From Eremomyces bilateralis CBS 781.70 (Eukaryota): a stretch of 64,000 nt of DNA. Positions 36,991 to 49,375 of the stretch are shown piece by piece (the stretch's first letter is position 1; the number at the start of each line of letters is the position of its first letter). The position numbers and the translations under genes were made by a program. Where the stretch lies: assembly GCA_010015585.1 (NCBI GenBank), contig ML975185.1; one strand, written 5' to 3'. Below the pieces are notes generated by a model. That model had not been told where the DNA came from, ran no database searches, and saw only the letters and a program-made list of their open reading frames with translations.

Positions 36991-38834
36991 TCATTCATCG
37001 TATGCCCCTTGCTCAGTTGTGGGTACCGGCTTGGATCCAATAGGCACCCATACAAGCTTCGTAACCGTCGTTCCATCGCCTAAAGTAGCTACTGTCTCTT
37101 CAAGAGTACAGCCGTTCCGGCGTGGTATCCATACCGTCCAAATATACCAATATAAAACGCCAAACAAAAGACTATGGATAAATTAGCCAAGGCTCTGAAT
37201 ATTTCGCAGGAAAACTCACATCGCAGTCCCCACGAAGGCGTAACTAACTGCAGAGAGATGTTGCCTCCAATTCAACCCTTCCCGTGGTATAAAGGGTGCA
37301 AATATCACGGAAATCGAGTGCACGATCTGGAACCCGACCGCAGGAAGAAACGCCTTATATGGCCTCCTCAAATCGGGCATTTTGAATCGAAGCCAGATTA
37401 AGCCAACGGAGCCAGCTATAGCGAAGAACTGCCCCGGATAACCCTCAACGTCCAGGATAAAGGAATAGATGTTGGTAGCAGGAATGATGATAACCAGGAA
37501 GGAAGGGATGTAATGCGTAATTAGAGCACCCATCGGCGCTCCGAAAGGTTTGGAGGAAGATATGAACTGTGAGAAAGGAAGAAATCCCTGTCGTGCTATC
37601 TCTTGCACGACTCGAGCCTGGGACATGTCAGGATGCTGTTCAGAATCAGTTCGGAGTCACTTACATGACTAAATGTCACAACCATAACATTTCCCGCCGC
37701 CGAGGTTGCTATTGCCAATGGTAGCAGCACCCTTCCAACGTCGGGGCCGAACACTCGTTCAAAAAACAGAGCAGCGATCAATTCCCCAGAATGTTTGATA
37801 TCCTCAATTGGGACAACCAGAAAGTAGGCAATGTTGACTAGGAGATATAGAAGACACGATGTTATAAGTGCAGCTGTGGCTGCAGATTTAAGAGTTTTGA
37901 CCGGATTCTTGACCTCGTTGAGAACGTTGTTAACGTTGGAAAGGCCGGTATACGAATAGGAAACCTTGAACATGGCAGTGGAGATGATTCCCCAGTTCCA
38001 CACCGAACCATCCCAGATAGAGCTGTTATTGATTGTGAGTTGAGAGGCGCTGTTTATATCCTCATTTCTCCGGAAAAGGACCACGAAAAGACTTATAAAG
38101 AGCATAAAAATGGCCAGAGCGATTTTGATCCAGCCAAGCACATTTTGAATAAGGATTCCAGTCTTTAGAAAGCAGCTGTGGATGATAACGACAGTAGTGA
38201 GCAATCCAAGAGCGAGAACTTTTCCTTCGGCCTGTGACGGTTCTCTTTTGAGAGCATATAAGATGTATTCGCCGAACACAATGCAGTTGGAGGCGGTAAA
38301 CCCAAGAAGGACGGAGCGAACTGCGATAAGAACAGAAGCCAAGAACCGCGGACGTCGGTAGACGAACTCGAGATAAACTTTGTCCCCTTCATACAGTTAG
38401 CATCTTCTCAAGTCAGATAGTACCAAGGAATACTCACCTCCGGACCTTGGCAACATGCACCCATACTCCAAACTAATCGCTAAACCCAACCAAGCTATCA
38501 GAGCACCGACTACCCAGAGCAACAACGTGATTCCGAAGCTTCCCACTGACTGCACAATCGCACCGGGAGTTGCGAAGATCCCGCTGCCTATAACACGGGA
38601 CATGATCAGGATGTATGCACTGCTCCATCCCAGGTTGCGGCCCAGGACCGCCGTCTCTGGAAGGACATCATTCTCCACCGACCGATCAAGAAGGTTGCTC
38701 CGGCCGCGTGGTGCCTCCTCTTCGTCGATCGAGGATTTTGATGTGCTGTTGTAGCTGGCGATGTCACTATTCGGGGAATCGACGGGCTGGAGCAGCGGTT
38801 CTTGCTCGGCGGTCGGGGACGATGAAGACGACAT
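36991..38834 (-). CDS. Methionine permease-like transporter (APC superfamily, LAT/Mup family), 4 exons
   Basis: IMSRVIGSGIFATPG, LEYGCMLPRSGG, EVKNPVKTL, RVVQEIARQGFLPF, PDLRRPYKA; three GT-AG introns. Confidence 0.88.
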
Positions 38835-39996
38835 GTAGAACGGTCGCGAGACGTTGGCGGTGGGGTACGAGCTGAAGGGCATACAAGACTGCGTCCGCTG
38901 CACAGAAAGATGTACATGTTGCAAGAAAGGAGAACGAGTAGAAGTAAATCTATCTATCAGCGGAGCGTCCAGCACGAGACATGATGCTCGTGCAGTGATG
39001 AATCATCCAGCGAGCATCATAAGACGAAATACAGAGTAGGTAAGCATGTTGGGGTTCTGTTACCGTTAAGCTTAAGGAGCATTCTAGGAAGGGGCTGATC
39101 GGTCGCACGGTTCAAAATACCTCATATTGATATATTGTGACGCGGGATGGCGTGCGAATCCGGGGCGGAGGGTGTTACCAGCCACATATCCGCCAGGGGC
39201 CTGAGACGAGAAGGGAAGGCGATTGTATCTTGGGAAATGCCAGTTGTCTCTCCAACTTGAAGCTGCCGCAGGTAACTATCAGATCCCTCTGTGCCCCTGA
39301 TCCACTTCTCGCGCTGCTGTCATTAAATGATAGGGTGGTTGATGTTTGAGGTCGAAAAGAGCACCGCAGGGATATCCCCTTCGCTGGTCGACCTGCAGTA
39401 GGTTTTTGTTCTAACCCTATTTGGTTAGACAGCTTCTTGGGACTCTTGAAAGCACCAAATCTCGTGACTTGAGATGGGATGGCTAAACGACGAAGGGGAT
39501 AGGTATAGCGGAATGCATTACACGCCAGCTCCCATCTGGATCCGCTTCAATCGTAAAAGGCCGGCACTTTAACTGGTACCCCACGAAGGAATGGGCGAAG
39601 CACGATGAGAGGATGGTGTGTATGTCGGACAAAATGTGGTACGCGGTCACTCATGAGTTGTGGTAAGGAAGAGTCCCTTGACATTTTAATTAGGGGTCCT
39701 TAGCGGCCGAATGACAAGAGAACCCTATCCCCAACGCTCCTATTGAAAGCGTCCCTCGGGACCGCGTTGTTTCGTCCCAGGTGAAATCATGCTAATGTGT
39801 AACGTCATAGTCATCGTGATAGTCTCCAGATTCCCCCGTTTCCCGATTGCGCCCTGTCATGAATGGCAGGATACCGAAAACTACGGAAGTGATATCCCAG
39901 ACGCCGTTTGCCTGGTGATCCTCCGGGTATAGCCGTCTGATTGCGGAAAAACAAAGAAGAAAAGCCACGTCGAAGCTCAAGGGTAATCAATTGCGG

Positions 39997-41622
39997 CTAT
40001 CCTTCATGCTCGTCGGAATCTTGGTTGGCCTCGTCGTTCGGTTCCGCCTCGTCCTCCTCATCATCTCCCTCCCCTGAATCGTCGGCGTCCGTGTCGTCCT
40101 CGTCATCATCATCGCCGTCATCATCGTCCGCGTCATCATCGTCCTCTTCATCATCGTTCGAGTTATTCAGGACCCCCGGTCGGAAAAGGTCATACCCCAG
40201 CAGATCCCGCACAAACTCCCGGGCCGACTGCTGCGCTGCGGTACCCCTGAAATCTACTTGCTCGATGACGCGTTTTCGCAGAAGCAGCTGTAGCGCACAT
40301 GGCACCCAGATGACATGCAGCGGAGGCACGCCGATCGTCGTGTGCGGAATCTTGCTCACGCCCATCTTGTCCGCGTCCGGACCGAGGACACGTCTCCAAT
40401 TCCGCTCCCAGCGATGGTCCATGGCGGGATCCAGCCCACCCAGGAACGTCGAGAGTGCCCGGCGCCGCTCTACGTAGGTGCGGGGCAAAAGGATCTGCCG
40501 GACGGCGTCGATGCCGCCGAGGATGAGTGTGGTTTCGATTTCTTTGGTGGATGCCGGCCGGCGATTGTATCCAGGGAGGAAACGGTTGAGTAGCTGGTTG
40601 AATCGGGGAGGGCGTAGCTTGCGCTCGAATACTTGGAGGATGAAGCCGTACATGTGGTAGCAGTCGAGGAGTTGCTGCTTCTTGTATTGGTCCATGATCG
40701 CCAGCTGCTCGTCCCAGACTGTGGTCCCTGGGACCAGCCGAAATTTCTTGTCTGGACTGCTGTTTGCAAAACATCGGTCGAGTACACTTTTGCGGAAGCT
40801 TTCGAAGAACTGTCCAAGAATCAGGAGTAACGGTAGCATCTTGGAGTACATATGTCGGTATCGCGGTTCGAACTCCTTGCGCCTTCGAGCATTGTTTCGT
40901 TTGAGCACATCGATCGCCACAAAGTCGCACATCTGTTTTGCGAGTTTCCGAACGACGATCTCGCGGTGTCGAAGGTTGAGGAGGTAGTTGAGGTCCGCTT
41001 CCATCGGTGCAGGGGCAGGATAGAGCTTAACCTCCAGGTCGGTAAGGATGTTGCGGACATGGTGCCGCACTACGGGTGATTCGCAGGACTTGACTAGTTG
41101 ATTGAAAGCAGCGGAGCAGCGTCGAAGGGAAAGAATATCGTCGAGAGAAAGGTTCACAAGGATCTGGATGCGCAACTCTTGTGGGAGGGATAGGAGGAGG
41201 TCGCCAAGAGTTCTCGGCGTCCTGATCGACAAAGTTAATATAGGGTTCAATCAACACAACAAGGACAAGGCAGCTTGAAGTAGCAACCCGGACGGAATCA
41301 TTCAACCGAATATACGGCAAAGGGGAAAATAAACAATAGTGTAGGTAGCATACCATGCAGTCACAGTGGTCGATATCATGCTTTTGACACTGTTATGCCT
41401 TCCAAGCTTGAACTGGCCCATGGCTTTATCGGCATAAGACACCATGGACTTCGGCCGAACCGATCTCCTCCGCTCCACCACTATCGGCTTGTTCAAGGTG
41501 ATCCCCTGGCCATGTTCCCCGCTCTCCGAGCCGACGTCGACGGCGGTCCCGGTTGACGTTGCCCCATGCTTCTGGGCGCGGTGCACGTTGCGCAGCTTGT
41601 GGACGAGATTAGCACCCGGCAT
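39997..41622 (-). CDS. F-box domain protein with acidic C-terminal tail
   Basis: Exon 1 41354-41622, intron 41222-41353, exon 2 with F-box LLSLPQELRIQILVNLSLDDILSLRRCS and a D/E-rich tail. Confidence 0.85.
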
Positions 41623-42677
41623 GGTGAGTGACAGTCTGACCAAGGATTATTGTGCGAGACAAAGTGAAGGTTCCAGGTCGGCTGCCAGGTGCGAATTTGG
41701 ATCAGCTCGAGGTCGATCACGATGCAATGTCCGGAACCACAAAGTGGACCCCGCCCTTCATTTGTTCATGGTGGTGGGCTGGTCGACGAGATGGGTCGCT
41801 GGCCTGGATGTGGGGTAAAGGATGATGTATCAACTTAGGTAAAGAAACAAGTGAAGGAGCGAGAAGGTGAGTGAGAGAGGTCGCTAGGTCGAGGTTGTGA
41901 TAAGGCGCCTCGAAATGTCCGATGAAAGGAGGATTCGCATTCACGGCCTTCACCTGACGTCCAGGCTGGACAGTTCACGCTGCACATCACACAGCATACG
42001 GTAGCGGAGAAGTGATGGCGTAGCAAGTGGGTGACACGCAGGAGGCTAGACCATTGGATCTGCACGTGATTAGTGTAAGGCGAAGTAACTGGTATCCGTG
42101 GCCCTTGGACCCACATTTCGGTGTGGGTCCAAAGGCCACGGATACAGCTGTACAGGTAACATGCCTCAGGCGATAAGGCAGCCGAGCATCCAGTTGAAAT
42201 CTGAAAGCAGCGCTCACTGCCCGATAATCACGAACAAAGTCCGAATAGCCCTAGGTACCCTCTCAGGAGTTTCCATTACTTGGGCATGTAAGATGTTGTT
42301 GCCTATAGAACTCTCGACATTCGGACATACTGCACCACTGGTAGGTCTAGGAATCCTCAGCCCAGGATGCAGATTCAGTTGCTCAGTCCGTCAGGGGCAA
42401 ATCACACGAGACAGAATCATTGGTGAAGCTATGTTTGATTTGCAGCGAACAGGGTTTGCACGAAAGTTCCTCTATAAGCCTTATATCATGAAGCTGGCCC
42501 ACCCAATGGAAACGATCAAGCTTAAGCTTCAATGCCGAATCAAGGGTGGCGCCAACGAGCTGCCAGTTTCGTCTTCGTTGAAGTTCTTTCAATACCACGC
42601 CTCACGCCGTCCCGTCACCGCGATACATTGAATCGGATGTCGGCGTATGAAATACAGGAACCGGGGGAGCGGCGGAA

Positions 42678-44553
42678 TTACCGTCGGGGCATGCCGCGTC
42701 CGCGCCCTCGGAGCGCTCGCTGTGCAGCACCGGGAGGGAGTCCACGCTGGGGTGCTTGGGGTTGAGCCGACTCTTGGTTCTCTGTAGTACCGGTTAGATG
42801 AGAGATACCCCATAAAAGGGAGGATGTACGTACTGATGGTTTCGTCGACGCTGAGGATCAGGCACGAAGCTTCCACCGCCGCCTGGATCGCATTGACCTT
42901 GACCAGCGCCGGTTCCCAGACGAATCGCTCGAGGTTGTTGGCGATGCCTTCGTTCACGAAATCCACGCCGGCCCAGGTGTTTCCGCGGCGGTGCTCCACG
43001 CGCAGCCGGTTGAGGATGTCAGTGGAGTCGAAACCCGCGTTATCGCACAGCTGGCGAGGGATCACCTCCAGTGCTTTGGCAAAGGCTTTGATGATCGCCT
43101 GCTGTTTGTGCGGGACGTTCTTGTCGGCGAAGTCGTGGAGATAGGCCGAGATTTCCATCTGCATATAATCAGAACCATGACATTATTAACCGCACCACAT
43201 AACATACCTCGCATGCTCCACCACCAGCAACGATGGTCCGGTTCTTGATGGATCGCTTCACAATCATGATGGCGTCGTGAAGACTCCTCTCCACCTCAGC
43301 AATGAACTGCTCCGCACCGCCGCGGAGGATGAGTGTGCAAGTCTTGGCTGCGGGACAGCCCTCGAAGAAGTTGTATCGCTCGCCGCCGATCTGTCGCTCT
43401 TCGAATCGCTCGCAAGTGCCAAGGTGCTGTTCCTGGACGTCGGAGCATGTCGATTGGATGCTTGCCCCGGTTGCCTGTACAACTCGTTCCATATCATCGG
43501 CGGAAACTCGCCCGGCACAGAAGATGTCTCGATCGGCGAAGTACTGCGTGGCCAGATCTCCAATGGGGAGCTTGCTCAATACCACCTTGGCTCCTGTGTT
43601 GTGTAGCGCCTCCATCTTATTGAAGATGATCTGCCACTCGGCATCCACCACCGCCTGGTATTCCGAGACATGTTCGACCCGCACTTCGGCGTTGTCCTTC
43701 TCCGCTTTCAATTCTAGCTCGACGTTCAAGCAGACGATTTTCGGGTTCGTGAATGACTTCGGTTGCTGCTCGAACCCGGCGTACGAGAAGGTTTTCTTGA
43801 ACGCAACGCCGTTGACGAACAGCGAGTCCTCCAGCGCACCGCCGGTGATTTTCTTCATGCCAATCAACTTTTCGTTGAGGTCGTTCTGATCCAGCGACAG
43901 CACCGCGTCGACCACGATCTTCGTGAAAAAGTCGGCGTTGCGGTGTATTAGCTTGCTGCTCATGGCGGTGGCCGCAAGTTTTCGCAGGATGTCCCGTTGA
44001 TTGCCTTCGGACGTATTGACGGCGATCTCCTTGATCTTGTTCACGGCCATGGCGGACGCCCGTCTTAGGCCCTTGATGATGGTCTGAGTGCTGACACCTT
44101 GCTCCACGGGTTCCCGGATCTCCTTCAACACTTCACCGGCCAACACCACCACCGACGTGGTCCCATCTCCGACCTCCGCATCCTGTGATCGCGCGATGTC
44201 GGTCAATATCCGGGCGGCGGGGTGGACGATGTCGAGCAGCTAGCCACACGGTTAGAGTGGGAACTCCGGCGAATTCTCGAATGTGCTCACCTTCATCACC
44301 GTGGCGCCATCGTTGGTGATGGTTTGCCTGCCATTCTCATCCACGAGTAATAGATCGCCTCCGTAAGGACCCAAGGTGCTCCGGATCGTGGCCTGGATGG
44401 CGAGACATGCGTTGATGTTCGAGATGATTTGACCTCGTCCCTGTGACTGATCGGTACCTGTATATCTTCAGCATGGACACTCGCACCGAGGTCTTTGCTT
44501 GGCGAACCTTCTTTGAGGACGATGATGGTCGGTGTCTGGCCACCAAACGACAT
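42678..44553 (-). CDS. CCT7: T-complex protein 1 subunit eta (CCT chaperonin), 5 exons
   Basis: [58 protein letters not shown]-terminus [10 protein letters not shown]. Confidence 0.97.
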
Positions 44554-45477
44554 TTTCCTGGATGTATCAAGGACTCTTCAGGAGATGAGTTTCGGGATAG
44601 GATGGGAAATTGTTCTTGGAAGAACCAGGAGCTTATTTTTCTCGGGCCAATACTGAAGCCAATGTCCGCTGGAGAGTAAAGAGCGATAGGTAGTTGGACT
44701 GTATAATTTGGGAGCTTCCAGAGGTTACCGCAGTGGACGGGATGTTTTAAAATATACTGGCATCGTAGAGCAACCCGCGTAATGGATCTGAAGTTGTATG
44801 GAAATTTCATATCAGGCAGCAAGGCACCAAGGCACCAAGCTATGTAGCAATTAAAGCTTCTCGTAGCTCAAGCTAAGTCAAGGGACAGTCACTGCCACGT
44901 GCGTCATGCTAGGCAGTGACACTTGTGGCACAGTGGCAGACACAGCCCACTCCTGACTCCCTGACAGGCAGCAGCCTAACACCTCCACAGCCAGAGCTTC
45001 ACCACCTGCGTGTCACTATAAACATGCGGCGGGGCTCTTTGATGATAAAGACAAGCTGACTTTATTGAGTTCACTCACTCACTCCCTCCATCTGATCTGG
45101 TGTGCCACTCCAGCTCTCTATCACAATCGAGTCTGCTTTGTGCTCCGCAATCCCATTATTACGTACCTATTTTCTAACCTATCTATATCAATCCCAGTGT
45201 CTCGAAGAATCCTCCTCCCCAGAACATGCTCGTGAGACTACTAGCCTGAAAGTCGGATGTTCATGAAAGCGGCCTTCTACTCCATGCCGCTGATCATGTT
45301 CTACGGCACTTCCTGATCATCATCTGGTTTTCGCCAGATATTCGTATCCTATCGTCCGGTTCTAACTCCTAAGACCGTCTTCGCTGCAGGCAGCAGATCG
45401 TTGTACCTTCCCTCAAACCCCCAAAGCTGGCACATACATATCATGGACGGAGTAACGTCAACCAGTCCATTCGAACC

Positions 45478-46083
45478 ATGAACCAAGCAACTGAAATCAT
45501 GGCGTTCAAGGAATTCATCGACTACGGACTCTCGCGTAGATCCCTGATCCCGAAGCAGCCGTTGGCGAATTCCCTCGCGATCACCCCGAAGCCAGCGTCC
45601 GTCCCACCTCCGACCCCGATCGAAGCCCAGAGGGCCGACCCTCCTCTCCTGCGCCTCCCCACGGAGCTGCGTCGGGAAATCCTCCGCTATCTGATCCCGC
45701 ACCACACGCGGAAGCTCCGATTATACAGCGACATTGACTCGAGCATCATCCATTGGAAATCGAGTCGCGGCTCCCGCGCGGCGTCCGATTCGCGTGCGCT
45801 GGCCGTCTTTCGGACGAACCGACTCCTCTATTGGGAATGTCTCTCGGTGCTGTACTCGGAGAACCACTTCCATTTCATCGGGTTCAGCTACCGGCCGATG
45901 CTGGAGTTTGTGCGCAAACTGAGTCCGAACACCCAGACGTTGATTCGGCATATGAGGATTACGCGGCTGACCGATGACGAGACGGAGATACGAAGGGACC
46001 AGCATGACCTTTTCTGTAGAATGCTTCATGACTTCCTCCCGGGTCTAATATCCCTTCGAGCGGATCCGTGGATATGGATGTAA
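45478..46083 (+). CDS. F-box-like fungal protein
   Basis: 201-aa ORF with LLRLPTELRREILRYLI and RTNRLLYWECLSVLYSENHFHF; 5' end uncertain. Confidence 0.7.
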   Translation: MNQATEIMAFKEFIDYGLSRRSLIPKQPLANSLAITPKPASVPPPTPIEAQRADPPLLRLPTELRREILRYLIPHHTRKLRLYSDIDSSIIHWKSSRGSRAASDSRALAVFRTNRLLYWECLSVLYSENHFHFIGFSYRPMLEFVRKLSPNTQTLIRHMRITRLTDDETEIRRDQHDLFCRMLHDFLPGLISLRADPWIWM

Positions 46084-46667
46084 CTGGCACAACTGGCATT
46101 ATCAAGGATGGTCGTTCGAACTGTTAGATCTGAACGACGTTTAAGAGACCCTTCTACAGGGACGGACCTTAGAATGGGTGACGACTCGGGACGATTCAAT
46201 AGATATAATTTCCTTGAGAACAGCACTGAGTGCCGGCAAATGCAAAACCCAGTTTATATACCATGGGATGTGGTCACAAATTCCTATGCAATCAATGACA
46301 ATGACATAGCGATGTTGCGCTCAACATGTTTCGTGTGCATCCAGTAAGAAGCACACAAGCGAGACCGTCCTCAAGCCCATCTCGATGACCAAGAGGACTC
46401 TCAGGTAGTCGCAAAAACTGTTCGCGCCGTCTGCTTTATAGCAGAACTAGTCTTGATCTCTCGCGCGTAATACTGAGCGAAGAGGAATGTCCTTGCCTCG
46501 TGCTCCACCTTGCCGCGCGATGATTAGGTCACTTGGGTTTCCTATAGAGCTGACAAAAGGGAAGAAATGAAGTAACATCCGGGGTATCATTCAAGTTCGA
46601 CGCGCCGTCGTCCCGCATCACAGTCAGATGCACGTGCTGTCCACACAGACTCCAAAACCGCCGCAAA

Positions 46668-48701
46668 TCACGCTGCAAATCCCACTCGCCGGCCCGGAGG
46701 CGGCTTTTGACCCAATATATCTAGGTACCGATCGATTCCTCCCACATCCAACTCCGAACGATCGAGGAGGGTCTCATCAACCATGTCGTAGTCCTCCTCT
46801 TCACTTTCAAGCGTCTCGTTGCCTCGGTGTAGCGCGCTCTGAAAGCTGCTGGGCGACCATACGACGAATTGTCTCGCATCCACCACCAACAGGTCCCGTT
46901 GCGAGGCCTCGGTTTGGCCGTCGGACCTCTTGACCGCCGGAAACTGGCCCACGCCTACCAGGGAACTGCCGTCGACCCTCAGATCCACGATTGGCGGAGA
47001 GGGAGTCTGTACACTGAGGATGTTTCCCTTCGTCGACCCCTTCGACTTGGCCCGGTTCCAGAACCCGTTGAAACTAGGAATCGCATAGACATGATCACCG
47101 TACCACAGCACGACGGACTCGTCATAGCCCATCCCACTCAAAGTCGGGTACTGCGACACGGAGATGCCTCCTCGAGGAAGATGGCGGGTGTCCGAACTTC
47201 CGCTACTGAAGAGCGATGTTTGCTTTGTTTTGCGAGTATTCGGCGTCATGGGAGCGAGCGATGGTCGGCCTCCACTGACGAATTGCGGCTTCGAAATCGA
47301 CGGCGGAGAACCGATATCTTTTGGAATTCGCAAGCGCCCACTCAACGCAAACTCGGATAGCGTCGTCGCCGGTCGTCCGCTACCGTGTATGTCAAGGTCA
47401 CGGCGCCACACACCCCACTGCCCATCTGGTAGAAGGGCAAAGATCCCCGTTCCATTGAGAACCCATTGCGCGTCGAGGACGTTTTTCCGTTGGACTGATC
47501 CCGGTGCGGCTAGCCTGGGAGATCCAGAGGCAGCGTACCGCGTGGAATATGTCATGAGCCAAGCACCGTGTCGCGGTGATGGATTATCGATGTTTTGTTG
47601 TCTGTTCCCCGTATCGCGACGCAGCTGCGAGAAGGGGTCGTAGATCCGGACCGAACCTTGTCTTTCCACCACCATCAGATACGAATGTCGCTTGGAAGGG
47701 AAGATCGTCGGGCTAAAGAACACCTTGAGCGCTGCACGGGAGAGGTAGAGCCGTTGGAAAGGAGGAGCGGACTCCAAGTCATCATTCTCCGGGTCGATGG
47801 GAACGCGGAACAACAGTAAGAGTCCGCTCACTTCGTCCGAGCAGGATGCGAGGAGCAAGTCGAATTGCATCGGTTCCGTTTGCGATTTTCCACCCCGAGG
47901 TTCGCCTGCTGGTCGCTCGGTAGCATAGCCATCTTCCTCGACAACATCCGGCCCAATTTCCGATTGGCTTGCCGCGTGATGAATGTCCCGTGAAGTCCAT
48001 GTCATCGATACCGAGTTCGGCGCCTGCTGATGGCCAAGGGGACCACCCAGGTGTACCACGGAGATTCTTAAAGCAGATTTGCCAGCCAGCAGTTGTTCAT
48101 CCGTGGGAGGTACAAGTGGGAAGCTGTATATGCGCAAATATGAATCGGAGCACGCCACAGTAACCACCACCTTGCGCTCAAATAGTGAGGGCATGATGCG
48201 CAGATCGCGGAGCCCGGAAACAGGAATAGGCGGGAAAGCGATGTCCATCACTTCGGCGCCTACTGATATATCCATCTCTTGCACAACATGTGGATATGGC
48301 TCGGAGGGATCCCACTCGGGTTCCTCAGTCTCAAATTCGGCCGGTGGCACCACAACCGCTGGCTCGGGGGAGTTTTCCTCGTCAGAATCCAGTATCATGA
48401 ATGCATTCTCCGTGGAAGCCCCTAGGCCAGAAGCATCCGATGTGCGGTTGTGGCTGTCGGTCCGCGGTCGTTTGTGAGGTCGGCCACCATGCCAGAGAAC
48501 CTTGATGCCAGAATCGTGACCGTAGACGATGATATTCGAGCCATTTGGGGATTTGAGTGGATATATCTTGGCCATATGAACACCGTTTGGGGAGGAATAA
48601 CTGTTACAGCTTTAGCAAATCAAGCTTTACACCTCGAATGGTACTAACCTTGTTGAAGCATTCCGTTCAGAACGAACGAACTGAGCGTGTGTCTTCGCCA
48701 T
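46668..48701 (-). CDS. NUP37: Nucleoporin Nup37-like beta-propeller protein
   Basis: KIYPLKSPNGSNIIVYGHDSGIKVLWHGGR, VLDAQWVLNG and LAPMTPNTRK resemble filamentous-fungal Nup37. Short first exon from ATG 48701 and an intron near 48601-48648. Confidence 0.75.
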
Positions 48702-48914
48702 GTTAACGAAAGACCGGAACCGACGCTCTTTCTCCGGTGATTTCCTATTAGTTGGACAAGCCTTTATGGCCTCGGACTATAAAACCATGACTGAGATCGA
48801 TTGCTATGCTGGACATTAAGGCAGTTGATACAAACGTGAAGCTATCAACCTCCAGGTCCTGGAACAACAGTGAGTTCTCGAAAGCCAGCGCCAGTCACGT
48901 GAGTTGAATTTCGT

Positions 48915-49139
48915 CTGGATTCTGCCATTCTGCCTGCCTTCCTGCCTGCCTTTGGACTCTGGACTCTGCCGCTCTGCCCTCTGGCCCCTGGACTCTGAAC
49001 ACTCTGCGACTCTGGCACGTCTGGGTCTCTGGACTCTGCCACTCACTCTGGGCCTCTCGACTCTGTCACCCTGCCCTCTGTCCTCTGGCCTCTGGTTACT
49101 GCCTAACTGCCTAACTGCCAACTGCCAACTGGCAACTGG
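48915..49139. repeat. Degenerate 7-8-nt tandem repeat tract (GACTCTG / CCTCTGG / AACTGCC)
   Basis: Roughly 30 CTG-containing units with ~7-nt spacing between divergent NUP37 and APC1. Confidence 0.85.
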
Positions 49140-49375
49140 TAGCTTTCACGTGCACGAGCCACGACGCGCTGTCCGCTCTCCCTGCGCGTCAAGGACCACC
49201 AGCACTGTATTATTCACCCCACGCAAACTTTGCCTACCAATGCAGTTGTACAAATTCCTTTCTCGGTCCAGCTGATACTTTAGAGAAATATGAAGGCTCC
49301 GGGCAATGGCCTCCTTTTTTAATTTGATTTGAACCCAAGAAACAACTGTCACCCCCATGCCTCATCCTGGCTTCG

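Noticed and set aside
40000..40160. TCA/TCG/TCC triplet-rich tract
   Set aside because: It is the coding sequence of the F-box protein's Asp/Glu tail.
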